A stretch of DNA of 25,853 nt from a virus (lineage: Duplodnaviria > Caudoviricetes): positions 1 to 25,853 of IMG/VR virus record IMGVR_UViG_3300020349_000029. One strand, given 5' to 3'. A program made the position numbers and the translations under genes. The notes under the pieces were generated by a model that searched no databases, was not told where the DNA came from, and saw only the letters and a program-made list of their open reading frames with translations. Positions 7,086 to 16,477 of the stretch are shown in pieces; within the stretch, counting starts at the first letter, position 1; each line of letters opens with the position of its first letter.

Positions 7086-8057
7086 ATGGCAATTATTGCA
7101 AATACTTTTACAAGGTATTCAGCGGTTGGTATTCGTGAAGAATTATCTAATATCATTTATAACATTTCTCCTGAAGAAACACCATTTATGTCGAACGGTG
7201 GCAGAGAAACAGTCAGAAACACTTTCTTTGAGTGGCAAACTGACTCTCTTGCTAACGCTTCTACAAACTATCAAATAGATGGTGATGATATTGGTACTTT
7301 TCCAGCGACAGTGGCTACTGCTAGAATAGGAAACTATACAAACATTTCAAGAAAACTTGTTGTCTTAGCTGACAACTTAGAAGTTATTAACGAGGCAGGT
7401 AGAACTTCAGAACTTGCCTATCAAATAACTAAACTTGGACAAGAACTTAAAAGAGACCAAGAAGCTACACTTTTGGCAAATAGTGCAGGTGTAGGTGGTG
7501 GAACTGGTACTGCTAGACAAACAGCAGGACTTCCAGCATGGCTTAAAACAAACTCAAGCAGAGGCACTGGCGGAACTAATCCAACAGTAGCTGGTGGTAT
7601 TGTTAATAATGCGGCTGGTGATTCAACCAATGCTAACAAAAGAGCTTTCACCTTAGGCTTACTTGATGATGTTATCGAAAAAGTATGGTCTCAAGGCGGA
7701 ACACCTAAGATGCTTATGGTTGGTCCACACAATAAAACAGTAGTATCTGGATTCTCAGGTATCGCCGCTAACAGGTATGAAGTTAAAAAACCTGAAGCTG
7801 GTGTTATTATTGGAGCCGCTGATATTTATGTATCAGACTTTGGAGCAGTTAATATTGTTCCTAATAGATTCCAAAGAGAAAGAGATGCTTATGTCTTAGA
7901 TGCTGAGTTTTACTCAACTTGCTTCTTACGACCTGTAGAAGTTGTTGATTTAGCTAAAACTGGTGATGCTGAGAAACGCATGATACTTGTAGAATATGGA
8001 CTTAAAGTTAAAAATGAAGCCGCACTTGGTGTGGTTGCTGATTTAACAGATTCATAA
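7086..8057 (+). CDS. Major capsid protein (SU10-like/DUF5309)
   Basis: REELSNIIYNISPEETPF, FEWQTDSL, NYTNISRK, ELKRDxE and LAKTGD motifs. Confidence 0.92.
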   Translation: MAIIANTFTRYSAVGIREELSNIIYNISPEETPFMSNGGRETVRNTFFEWQTDSLANASTNYQIDGDDIGTFPATVATARIGNYTNISRKLVVLADNLEVINEAGRTSELAYQITKLGQELKRDQEATLLANSAGVGGGTGTARQTAGLPAWLKTNSSRGTGGTNPTVAGGIVNNAAGDSTNANKRAFTLGLLDDVIEKVWSQGGTPKMLMVGPHNKTVVSGFSGIAANRYEVKKPEAGVIIGAADIYVSDFGAVNIVPNRFQRERDAYVLDAEFYSTCFLRPVEVVDLAKTGDAEKRMILVEYGLKVKNEAALGVVADLTDS

Positions 8058-8071
8058 ATCACATAGGAAAT

Positions 8072-8098
8072 GGGGTAGTTAGCGATTGCGACTACCCC
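8072..8098 (+). terminator. Hairpin after the capsid gene (weak terminator or mRNA stabiliser)
   Basis: GGGGTAGTT...GACTACCCC stem; lacks a U-tract. Confidence 0.5.
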
Positions 8099-8110
8099 TA
8101 AACTAAACAA

Positions 8111-8440
8111 ATGAACAAAAAAAGATTAATAAATTTCGACAACGAAACAAAAATTTCAAATAACTTTACCTTTGAAGAAGATATTTCAGGCAAAGGAGAG
8201 CATAATTTTGTTTTAAGTAGAGAACAAGATGTAACGCAAATAATAAAAGATAATAAAGAACAATTTAATTTAAGCGATAAAAGAGACCCTTATGGTCATT
8301 GGAATAAAGTAGCTTCAATACCAATGGTTCTTTATTACGATTTAAAAGCTAAAGGTATTTTAGATGACCCTAAGGCTTTAAAAAAATGGTTAAACGACCC
8401 AGATAATAAATACTTTAGAACAAGAGAAGGAACTGTTTAA
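8111..8440 (+). CDS. Conserved phage hypothetical protein
   Basis: 109 aa; QDV..I, VASIP and WLNDPDN..FRT motifs seen after the capsid gene in related podoviruses. Confidence 0.8.
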   Translation: MNKKRLINFDNETKISNNFTFEEDISGKGEHNFVLSREQDVTQIIKDNKEQFNLSDKRDPYGHWNKVASIPMVLYYDLKAKGILDDPKALKKWLNDPDNKYFRTREGTV

Positions 8441-9063
8441 TGGCTTTAGTAAATTATTCAGATTTAAAAACAAGTGTAGCAGACTGGCTTAATAGAACTG
8501 ATTTAACTACAACTATACCAGATTTTATTACTTTAGCTGAAGCTGGTTTTAATAAAGAAATACGAAATAGAAAAATGATTAAAAGAGCAACAGCAACGAT
8601 TGATTCTCAATATAGTGCTGTACCAGCCGATTGGTTACAAACAGTTGACTTTGTAATAGAGTCAAATCCTATTGTAACTTTAGAATTTACAACAAATGAA
8701 CAGCTTGATAAATTAAGAGAAACTTACACCTCAGGTGGTACACCAAAATTTTACACAATAGTAGGTCAAGAACTAGAAGTTTTACCTGTTCCTGATTCAG
8801 CAACGCTGACAGGAGAAGTAACTTACTATAGTAAAATCCCTAACTTAACTGACACTAACCCAACTAATTGGTTAATGAATAGCAGTCCTGATATATATTT
8901 ATACGGAACTCTGCTACAATCAGCACCATATCTAGTAGATGATTCAAGAATAGCAGTATGGTCTAGTTTGTATCAGAAATTAGTTAAGGACTTAGAAATC
9001 GCAGACCAAAAGGCAAGAGTAGGCGATTCAACTTTAAGAATAAAAGCACCCGCATTACAATAA
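8440..9063 (+). CDS. Head-tail adaptor protein
   Basis: YSDLKTSVADWLNRxDL..IPDFITLAEA, TNWL...PDIYLYG.L.SAPYL motifs; position after the capsid gene. Confidence 0.8.
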   Translation: MALVNYSDLKTSVADWLNRTDLTTTIPDFITLAEAGFNKEIRNRKMIKRATATIDSQYSAVPADWLQTVDFVIESNPIVTLEFTTNEQLDKLRETYTSGGTPKFYTIVGQELEVLPVPDSATLTGEVTYYSKIPNLTDTNPTNWLMNSSPDIYLYGTLLQSAPYLVDDSRIAVWSSLYQKLVKDLEIADQKARVGDSTLRIKAPALQ

Positions 9064-9075
9064 GGAGATTAAAAA

Positions 9076-9465
9076 ATGAGTTTTAGCGATTATTTAGAAA
9101 ACAAAATTCTTGCCCACACTTTTTCAGGAACAACTTTTACTCCCGCTGGAACACTTTATTTGGCGTTATATACTGTAGCACCAGGTGATGACGGAACAGG
9201 CGGAACTGAGGTTTCAACTTCTGGAACAGGGTATGCAAGACAAACAGTTACTTTTACTACAACTTTAAGTCAGTCAAGTAACACGGCCGCTGTTGAATAT
9301 TCTACAGCAACAGCAAGTTACGGAACAGTCGTAGCGGTTGGTGTATTAGATGCTTCAACAAGTGGTAATTTATATGCAGTAGGAACTTTAGCTACACAAA
9401 AACCAATATCAACTGGTGATGTGTTTAGAGTACCCGCTGGTGATTTAGATATTGATTTAACATAA
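9076..9465 (+). CDS. Small virion structural protein (tail/fibre associated)
   Basis: SDYLENKIL, YLALYT..P, EVS..GYARQ motifs; beta-rich; TAAGGAG SD. Confidence 0.75.
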   Translation: MSFSDYLENKILAHTFSGTTFTPAGTLYLALYTVAPGDDGTGGTEVSTSGTGYARQTVTFTTTLSQSSNTAAVEYSTATASYGTVVAVGVLDASTSGNLYAVGTLATQKPISTGDVFRVPAGDLDIDLT

Positions 9466-9473
9466 GGAATTAA

Positions 9474-10133
9474 ATGTCTGGAACTAGAGATTATGGACAA
9501 GGTGGATATTCTTCCAATGTGTATGGCGAATGGGGTTACTCAGATGCTTCATGCACAATAACAGCCTCATCTAGCTTTACAAATAGAGCCTTTAGAGGTT
9601 ATGGAAGAGGTGGCTACAGTTCTAATCTTTACGGAGTTTGGGGATATACCGATAGCGGTCAAATATCTTCAACTTCATCATCAAGTTTAAGTTTATCTGC
9701 GGCTCACCCTGTAGATACTTATTCTTCTGGTGAATATGGTTATGGTAATTATTCTGCTGGAACAATTAGAGATGCAAGTGCTACAGTTAATGCTGTTGCA
9801 ACTATCTCTGCTGTTGGCGGATATGTAGCATCACCACAAATAACAGTTAATGCTGTAGCAACTGTTTCGTTATTAGGACAAGTAGTAAGTGGCGGTATAA
9901 TACCTGCACAAGCTACTTCATCATTGAGTGTAATAGGAACTGTTACATTTAGTGGTAATCCATATCCTATTAACGGAGTTTCTACAGTTACGGCTGTATG
10001 CAATAGAATAGTGTTTATAGATGTTTCAAATATATCAGCCCAATCATCTACAAACTTTAGTGCAAGATTAAAATGGGTTGACGAACCAAATGCTTCTACA
10101 ACATGGACTGAAGTCTATAAAGTAGCGGCCTAA
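9474..10133 (+). CDS. Ser/Gly/Tyr-rich virion structural protein
   Basis: Repeated YGxGGYSSNxYGxWGYxD motif; C-terminal KW...WT; lies in the tail region. Confidence 0.7.
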   Translation: MSGTRDYGQGGYSSNVYGEWGYSDASCTITASSSFTNRAFRGYGRGGYSSNLYGVWGYTDSGQISSTSSSSLSLSAAHPVDTYSSGEYGYGNYSAGTIRDASATVNAVATISAVGGYVASPQITVNAVATVSLLGQVVSGGIIPAQATSSLSVIGTVTFSGNPYPINGVSTVTAVCNRIVFIDVSNISAQSSTNFSARLKWVDEPNASTTWTEVYKVAA

Positions 10134-10151
10134 TTATAAGGAGTAAATGCG

Positions 10152-10976
10152 ATGGCAGATACAACAACAACAAATCTGAATCTGACTAAGCCAGAAGTCG
10201 GTGCTTCTACGGACACTTGGGGAACTAAATTAAATACTGATTTAGATTCTCTTGATGCTCTTTTCGCCGCCGCTGGTTCAGGAACTTCAGTTGGACTGCA
10301 AGTCGGTTCAGGAAAAACTTTAAGTGTAGGTGGAACTCTAGTAGGTAGCGGAACTGTTACACTTGATTCTGCGGCCATATCAGCCGCTAGTGCAACCATT
10401 TCTGATTTAGGAACTGTAACAACAGTTGACTTAAATGGTGGTACGATTGACGGAGTAACTATTGGTGCAACTACAGCCGGGGCTATTACAGCCACAAATT
10501 TAACAGGCACAGGCACAATTAATTTTAATGGTGCTACTGTTAGTGATTTAGGTTCTGTAACTACAGTTGACTTAAATGGTGGAACTATTGACGGAACAGT
10601 AATAGGTGGTTCTGTAGCAAGTACAGTTACAGCTACAATTTTAAAATCAACAAGTACAAGAGAAACAAGTAGCAATGTTACACAATCTACAGGAACATTA
10701 ACTTTAGATTGCTCTACAGGAAATGCTTTTTCTTTTACACCTACACAAAACATAACAACATTAACAATTAACAATATACCAGCTTCAGGAGATGCTTACA
10801 GCATGGTCTTAAAAATAGGTGGTTCATCATATACTATTGCATGGGGCGCCGCTGTTAAGTGGGCAGGTGGTCAAGCACCAGCTTTATCAAGTTCAAACCA
10901 TGATGTAATTGTTTTAATGACAGTTGATGGCGGAACTAATTGGTATGGATTTATTTCTGCTCAAGATATGTCATAA
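10152..10976 (+). CDS. Tail fibre protein
   Basis: N-terminal [28 protein letters not shown] anchor; duplicated [18 protein letters not shown]; C-terminal W...VKWAGGxAP...DGGTNWYG domain. Confidence 0.85.
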   Translation: MADTTTTNLNLTKPEVGASTDTWGTKLNTDLDSLDALFAAAGSGTSVGLQVGSGKTLSVGGTLVGSGTVTLDSAAISAASATISDLGTVTTVDLNGGTIDGVTIGATTAGAITATNLTGTGTINFNGATVSDLGSVTTVDLNGGTIDGTVIGGSVASTVTATILKSTSTRETSSNVTQSTGTLTLDCSTGNAFSFTPTQNITTLTINNIPASGDAYSMVLKIGGSSYTIAWGAAVKWAGGQAPALSSSNHDVIVLMTVDGGTNWYGFISAQDMS

Positions 10977-10989
10977 TTAGGAGATAAAA

Positions 10990-12474
10990 ATGAGTTTAGG
11001 CAACAACATGATTCTGGCTTCAGGTGCAGTTATTGAACCTGAAAATGTAAGTATTCCAGTTCTTACGCCAAGAGATGAAACTTTTACAATAACAGTCGTT
11101 AATTCTGGCGGTAATAAGTTTTATGCAAACGGACAAAATAGTTTGTATGTACAACTATATCAAGGTTTTACATATAAATTTGACCAATCAGACGCAAGTA
11201 ATTCAGGACACCCTTTAGTGTTTAGTACAACAGAAGATGGTTCAAATTATACTACTGGCGTGTCAAGTTCTGGAACACCAGGTCAAGCTGGTGCTTATAC
11301 TCAAATTATCGTGGCTAATTCTGCTCCAGCAACTTTATGGATAAAATGTAACAATCATTCTGGTATGGGTTTCTCAACTCCAGTTAATGCTTTCAACAAT
11401 ATTCTATATACTACAGACGGAGCTTGGAATACTTCTGGTGATTTCACTTATCAATGGCAAAGAGGAGGAGGAGGTTCTTTCTCTGATATAGGTTCAGCAA
11501 CAAGTAATTCTTATACTTTAACAGGTAGTGATGATGGACAGTATGTAAGATGTGCTGTAACATTAACTAATGATGCTGGAACAGCCACAGCTTATACTAA
11601 TCTTTCAAATGTAAAAGCTGGTCAATATGAGTATACAGGAACTAGCGGTACTGTCGGTTGGACTTGTCCTGCTGGAGTTACATCTGTATCTATAATGGCT
11701 ATAGGTAAAGGTGGAAGTGGTTACTCTGTTTGTAATAATGTTACTTCTGGCACAGGCGGTAAAGGTGGAGCATTATCTTATAAAAACAATTACACAGTAA
11801 CTCCTGGAACAACTTATTATCTTCACATGAACTCGTATATAAGTGCGCCTCATTATGCAAATGTGGCTGGATTTAGTACAAGTAGTGGCACAAGTAGTAT
11901 TAGTAACTTTATTGTTGCCGCACAGCCAGGGGAAAATGGAACTAGTGGTGGTGATGCCAGTAAAGGCGTAGGTGATGTTAAAAGAAATGGCGGTAATGCT
12001 TACGGAAATCTAGGCTCTGGTGCTGGAGCGGCCGGTTATTCTGGTGATGGTGGTAGTATGAACAACAGTTCTAATCAATCTGGTAATGCTGGTTCTGGCG
12101 GTGGCGGTGGTGCTGGTGCTTCTGTTCCATCTTATGCAAGTGGTGGTGCCGGGTCTGGTGCTGGTGGCGGTGGAACTGGTAGATATGGAGAAGGTACAAG
12201 TGGAGCTGGTGGTGTTTATGATTCAAGTGTTAGTACAAATAGATACGGTGGCGGTGGCGGTGGCTCTGGCGCTGATGATGCCTTAGGTGTTGACTATCAA
12301 TATACTGGAGGTGGTAGAAGTGGTACTGATTACGGCGGTGGCGGAGCTGGTGGCGGTGCTTGGTATGGTTGGGGTCCATGTTCAGGAGCAGGTAGTGGCG
12401 CAAAAGCTGTCGTAAGAATTTTATTCCCAGGTAACACTAGGTCATATCCAACTACAAACACGGAGAATTTGTAA
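10990..12474 (+). CDS. Gly-rich tail fibre/adhesin with Ig-like and cupredoxin-like domains
   Basis: HP...CxxHSGMG domain, TYQWQR...YTLTxxDxGxxVRCxVT Ig-like domain, WTCPAGVTSVSI..IG.GG Gly-rich C-terminal domain. Confidence 0.8.
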   Translation: MSLGNNMILASGAVIEPENVSIPVLTPRDETFTITVVNSGGNKFYANGQNSLYVQLYQGFTYKFDQSDASNSGHPLVFSTTEDGSNYTTGVSSSGTPGQAGAYTQIIVANSAPATLWIKCNNHSGMGFSTPVNAFNNILYTTDGAWNTSGDFTYQWQRGGGGSFSDIGSATSNSYTLTGSDDGQYVRCAVTLTNDAGTATAYTNLSNVKAGQYEYTGTSGTVGWTCPAGVTSVSIMAIGKGGSGYSVCNNVTSGTGGKGGALSYKNNYTVTPGTTYYLHMNSYISAPHYANVAGFSTSSGTSSISNFIVAAQPGENGTSGGDASKGVGDVKRNGGNAYGNLGSGAGAAGYSGDGGSMNNSSNQSGNAGSGGGGGAGASVPSYASGGAGSGAGGGGTGRYGEGTSGAGGVYDSSVSTNRYGGGGGGSGADDALGVDYQYTGGGRSGTDYGGGGAGGGAWYGWGPCSGAGSGAKAVVRILFPGNTRSYPTTNTENL

Positions 12475-12986
12475 TGAGTGAATTAAGAGATATAAATGCT
12501 ATCTATTATATTAGAGTTGAAAATGATGAAGCTGTTGGTTTTCCACAAGAAAAAGAAAACATTATTAATGCTTTAAATGAAAATCCTGATGACCCTAATA
12601 ATAACTGGGAACTAATAGATTGTTCAGCAGATTTTAATAACGATTTTGAGTGGACACTTTTACCTTATGAACAACTTGCTCCTGATACTTATGAAAAAAT
12701 TAATGAAGTTTGGACTGTAGTTGAAAACAAAGAAGATATGTCTGGTCCAGTTTTAGTTCAAAAACAAGAGTTTATAAAACAAGAATTAGAATCAGGTAGA
12801 GATTTTCAACTTGCTTTAGCAATAGAAGATAAAGGTAAAGAAACAGACCCAGAAAAAATTGCTTTATGGGAAGGTTTTATTATTGAATTAGAAGATTGGG
12901 TTTTTGACCCTAATGACCCTAATCCTACTTTACCACCTTTACCTGCACCTTTATATCCACCAGAAGAAGAAGTTATACTTAATTAA
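12474..12986 (+). CDS. Acidic protein, putative tail fibre assembly chaperone
   Basis: 170 aa, translationally coupled to the fibre gene; ends W...L.D..Pro-rich, like fibre-assembly proteins. Confidence 0.55.
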   Translation: MSELRDINAIYYIRVENDEAVGFPQEKENIINALNENPDDPNNNWELIDCSADFNNDFEWTLLPYEQLAPDTYEKINEVWTVVENKEDMSGPVLVQKQEFIKQELESGRDFQLALAIEDKGKETDPEKIALWEGFIIELEDWVFDPNDPNPTLPPLPAPLYPPEEEVILN

Positions 12987-12997
12987 AAGGAGTTCTT

Positions 12998-13174
12998 ATG
13001 ACTACATTATTATTAATATTAACAAGCATAGTTACTTTATCATCTTTGATATGTAGCTTTGTTCCTACAAATATATTACCTGAAAAATTTAAAAAAATAA
13101 TAAAAATTTTAGCTTTGAATTTTAACAATGTGCATTACGACTGCAATCACAAGAAGAAGAAAAAGAGCAGTTAA
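12998..13174 (+). CDS. Small holin-like membrane protein, 58 aa (MTTLLLILTSIVTLSSLICSFVPT...ILALNF...)
   Basis: Not in the ORF track. AAGGAG SD, N-terminal TM, PT...LALN motif, basic tail. Confidence 0.7.
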   Translation: MTTLLLILTSIVTLSSLICSFVPTNILPEKFKKIIKILALNFNNVHYDCNHKKKKKSS

Positions 13175-13378
13175 ATGAGTGGTCTTTCAGAACTTGAACA
13201 AGGTAAATTAATAGAAGCAGTTGAAAGTCTTGAAAAACAAGTAACGAGATTAAACACAAGACTTGATTCTCTTGAAGGACAAATGAAATCAGGAAAAGGA
13301 GTTGTTATAGGAATATTTTTAACAGCAAGTGGTATATCTGCGACCGTTGTTGGTTTGTTTGGAAAAATGTTTGGGTAA
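13175..13378 (+). CDS. Coiled-coil plus C-terminal TM protein (XhlA/holin-like)
   Basis: 67 aa; heptad pattern followed by a hydrophobic segment. Confidence 0.65.
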   Translation: MSGLSELEQGKLIEAVESLEKQVTRLNTRLDSLEGQMKSGKGVVIGIFLTASGISATVVGLFGKMFG

Positions 13379-13784
13379 TAACAACAAGCAGTTAGGCAGA
13401 GTTGGTGAATTAATGGTTTGTTTTGAATTAGAAAAACTTGGTTATAATACCTCTTTAGTTGATGCTGAAGGTTATGACATTGTAGTTAATGTTTTAAATA
13501 AACCTTTAAGACTTCAAGTTAAATCTTCTAGCACAACAGATAAAAAATCAGCAAAAGGTGGTAAACCTAGATACAATTTTTCAACTTCAGTAGGTAGAGT
13601 AAAAAGAAAACTTACAAAAGAAGATACTGATATTGTTGCTTTAGCATCAATAAGACAACAAAGAATACTTTTTAAAAATGTTTCTGAAATTACAGGTCCT
13701 ACAACTAAAATTAGTGAAGCTCATTTTTATAAACCAAATATTACAAAAGAATCTTTTGAGAGGTGTTTATCATGTTTGGATTAA
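13371..13784 (+). CDS. PD-(D/E)XK endonuclease (PDDEXK_5-like); probable TTG start at 13371
   Basis: GRVGEL...LEKLGY...YDIVV...RLQVKS...DIVAL motif order. Confidence 0.8.
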   Translation: MGNNNKQLGRVGELMVCFELEKLGYNTSLVDAEGYDIVVNVLNKPLRLQVKSSSTTDKKSAKGGKPRYNFSTSVGRVKRKLTKEDTDIVALASIRQQRILFKNVSEITGPTTKISEAHFYKPNITKESFERCLSCLD

Positions 13785-14209
13785 TAGGTAGTTTATTAGG
13801 TTTTGCTAGTTCAGGTTTACCTGCTGTTCTTGACCATTTTAAACAAAAGAGTAATCAAAAACATGAATTAGCTGTAATGGAAATGGCCGCTAAACATAAG
13901 ATTACTGTAGCTAAAGCTAGAGCAGATGAAGCCGAAATTTCAGGTGTGTATCAACACAGTCAAACAATTCAAAACAATGCTAGTAAATGGATAGTTAATT
14001 TAAGTGGTCTTGTAAGACCTACAGTTACTTTTGCAATATTAGGTTTATACTTAACTGCAAAAACTTTAGCAGTAGTTCAAATATATCAAAATGGTGGTGA
14101 TTTACATGAGTTTTTACCAGAGATATATTCTGATACAGATGTTGGTATTTTAAGTTCAGTTGTATGTTTTTGGTTCTCAAGTAGAGCAATAGAGAAAATG
14201 AGAAAATGA
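13772..14209 (+). CDS. Holin, 3TM (GTA-holin-like)
   Basis: GAGAGG SD before ATG 13772; LLGF..S.LP, HEL, WI.NL..LVRPTVT and FWFSSRAIEK motifs. Confidence 0.75.
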   Translation: MFGLIGSLLGFASSGLPAVLDHFKQKSNQKHELAVMEMAAKHKITVAKARADEAEISGVYQHSQTIQNNASKWIVNLSGLVRPTVTFAILGLYLTAKTLAVVQIYQNGGDLHEFLPEIYSDTDVGILSSVVCFWFSSRAIEKMRK

Positions 14210-14769
14210 ATAATATTATAGAAGCAATAAAAAGCATTATATCACCAGAACAAAGCTGGTCAGCTTTTGTTATGAAGATTACAAGTCTTATCATTGTAGC
14301 TATAATTGGTTATATAGGTTTTCAACAATATCTAAATCTTGGTGTTGAAGAAGATAATGAAATACCAATAATAGAGGTGTATGAAAAAGACCCTGAGAAA
14401 AAAGTTAAAGTAGAAGATTTAATTACTAAACTTTTAAGGTCAAACAGAGATATTGAATCAGTTTGGTTATACGATTGGATAGATGCACGAAATATAGTTC
14501 CTTTGTATAATGAACCTAGAAATAGTGAAGATTTATTACCAACAGGCTATTTTATGGAAGGTGATGAATATGTGATTGGTCATTTTGTTTTAAGTCAATG
14601 TACTTCTTTAGATAGAGATATACTTAATACAGCTTGTCCTATAATGAGTTCAGAAGATGCGTGGGGTGTTTTATTAGTTACTTATCGAAACGACACAACA
14701 CCAGATTTAAAGACTACTAAAGCAACAGCTATGAAGATAAGTGAAGTATTGTACTTAATTGAGAGATAA
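14206..14769 (+). CDS. Single-TM protein with GAF-like soluble domain, T4 holin T-like
   Basis: Amphipathic N-terminus, one TM, then DEYVIGH...ACPIM...WGVLLVTYRND, resembling the C-terminal domain of T4 T as I recall it. Confidence 0.5.
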   Translation: MNNIIEAIKSIISPEQSWSAFVMKITSLIIVAIIGYIGFQQYLNLGVEEDNEIPIIEVYEKDPEKKVKVEDLITKLLRSNRDIESVWLYDWIDARNIVPLYNEPRNSEDLLPTGYFMEGDEYVIGHFVLSQCTSLDRDILNTACPIMSSEDAWGVLLVTYRNDTTPDLKTTKATAMKISEVLYLIER

Positions 14770-14774
14770 AAATA

Positions 14775-16271
14775 ATGCCTTATGTTGAATTAAAAATACC
14801 AAGTGGAGTTTATAAGAACGGAACAGAATTGCAGTCAAAAGGCCGTTGGCATGATTGTAATTTAGTTCGTTGGGATAATAATGCTATGCAACCAGTAAAA
14901 GGTTGGACTCAATTAGGTAGTTCTACAGTAACAGGCAAAGCTAGAAAAATAGTTAGTTGGACTGATAACAATAGAAACAGAAGATTAGGCGTAGGTACTT
15001 CTAGTAAATTATATTATTATACTATTGAAGGTCAACAATACGACATAACTCCAACAGGATTTACCACAGGAAATGATGACGCTGTCGAAAATGTTTCTTA
15101 TGGTAGTTATATATATGGAACAGGAAACTATGGTACACAAAGACCTGACCATGGTATATGGACACCTTGCACAACTTGGTCTTTAGATAATTGGGGGCAA
15201 TATTTAGTTGGTTGTAGCACAACAGACGGAAAAGTTTATGAGTGGCAATTAATTAACGGAACTGTTGCTCAACAAATTGCTAATTGCCCAACAAGTAATC
15301 AAGGTATAATTGTTACAGAAGAAAGAGCATTAATGCTTTTAGGTGCTGGTGGCGACCCAAAAAAAATACAATGGTCAGACTTAGAAGATAACACAGATTG
15401 GACACCAGGTGGCACAAATCAAGCTGGTAGTTTTAATCTTAATGGTAATGGGAAAGTAATAACAGCAATAAGAACTAAAGGTCAAATACTTATACTTTCA
15501 ACTATTGATGCTTATACTTCAACTTATGTAGGCTTACCTTTTGTATATTCTTTTGAAAGAGTTGGCTCTAATTGTGGAGTTATTTCAGCAAACTCAGTTG
15601 TTGCTACTGATACTTTTGCAGTTTGGATGGGTAATGGTCAGTTCTTTATGTATGATGGGCTTGTCAAATCATTACCATGTGAAGTTAGCGATTATGTCTT
15701 TAGCGATATGAATGTTAGTCAAAAAAGTAAAGTATATGCTTTTAATAATTCTCAATTCTCAGAAATATGGTGGTTTTATCCTAGTTCTGATAGCACAGAA
15801 AACAATAGATATGTTGCTTGGAACTATAAAGAAAATCATTGGACAATAGGTAACTTAGCTAGAACTTGTGCAGAAGATGAAGGTATATTTTTAAATCCTA
15901 TTATGATTGGTGCTGACTATAAACTTTATGAACACGAAACTGGATATTCATATTCAGGCGAATCAACGAGTGTTTTTGCTGAATCAGGACCTTATCAACT
16001 TGACCAACCAAGTGGTAAGTTGATGAATGTGTTACAAATAATACCAGACGAAAAAACATTAGGTGATGTTTCTGCTAAATTTAAAGTTAGAAACTACCCT
16101 ACAGGCACAGAAACAACTCACCCAAGTAGTGGTTCTTTTGCTTTAGCCAATCCTACAGATGTAAGATTTACTGCTAGAGAAGTTAAATTTAGAGTTGAAA
16201 CAGCAAGAAATTCTGATTGGAGAGTTGGCAATATGCAGATATTCGTAAGAGCTGGTGGAGGTAGAGGATAA
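14775..16271 (+). CDS. Tail tubular/DNA stabilisation protein (P22 gp10-like beta-propeller)
   Basis: 498 aa; W.DCNLVRW, WSLDNWG, IQWSD.ED.TDW, NCG.I and EIWWFYPS motifs. Confidence 0.8.
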   Translation: MPYVELKIPSGVYKNGTELQSKGRWHDCNLVRWDNNAMQPVKGWTQLGSSTVTGKARKIVSWTDNNRNRRLGVGTSSKLYYYTIEGQQYDITPTGFTTGNDDAVENVSYGSYIYGTGNYGTQRPDHGIWTPCTTWSLDNWGQYLVGCSTTDGKVYEWQLINGTVAQQIANCPTSNQGIIVTEERALMLLGAGGDPKKIQWSDLEDNTDWTPGGTNQAGSFNLNGNGKVITAIRTKGQILILSTIDAYTSTYVGLPFVYSFERVGSNCGVISANSVVATDTFAVWMGNGQFFMYDGLVKSLPCEVSDYVFSDMNVSQKSKVYAFNNSQFSEIWWFYPSSDSTENNRYVAWNYKENHWTIGNLARTCAEDEGIFLNPIMIGADYKLYEHETGYSYSGESTSVFAESGPYQLDQPSGKLMNVLQIIPDEKTLGDVSAKFKVRNYPTGTETTHPSSGSFALANPTDVRFTAREVKFRVETARNSDWRVGNMQIFVRAGGGRG

Positions 16272-16477
16272 TGAGATTACCTTTACCAATGCAAGAATAT
16301 AGTTCTAGTGTTACTCAACAGACAAATAATACTTTAGAGCAAGAAGATAAAAAAAACTTTAAGAAAGATACAGATATAAACATTAATGACGGAAGATTAA
16401 TATTAAAATCACCTAACGGAACTAGATATAATATTACAGTAGATAATTCAGGTAACATAACAGCGAGTACAATATGA
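16271..16477 (+). CDS. Small virion protein
   Basis: 68 aa; LILKSPNGTRYxITVDNSG motif; coupled overlaps at both ends. Confidence 0.75.
   Translation: MRLPLPMQEYSSSVTQQTNNTLEQEDKKNFKKDTDININDGRLILKSPNGTRYNITVDNSGNITASTI

Noticed and set aside
3572-8110. ORFs 3572-3847, 5976-6281, 7096-7278, 7421-7651 and 7910-8110
   Set aside because: Alternate-frame or antisense shadows of the portal, scaffold and capsid genes.
10400-10610. Duplicated segment in the tail fibre as a DGR template/variable repeat pair
   Set aside because: Both copies are in frame within one gene, differences are not adenine-specific, and no reverse transcriptase is present.
13329-13771. ORF-track starts at 13329 and 13763
   Set aside because: Starts at 13371 (TTG) and 13772 (ATG with GAGAGG SD) give better RBS context and shorter overlaps.
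9318-14294. ORFs 9318-9500, 9749-10003, 10130-10774, 12086-12286 and 14025-14294
   Set aside because: Shadows of low-complexity tail and membrane genes; no RBS or motifs.
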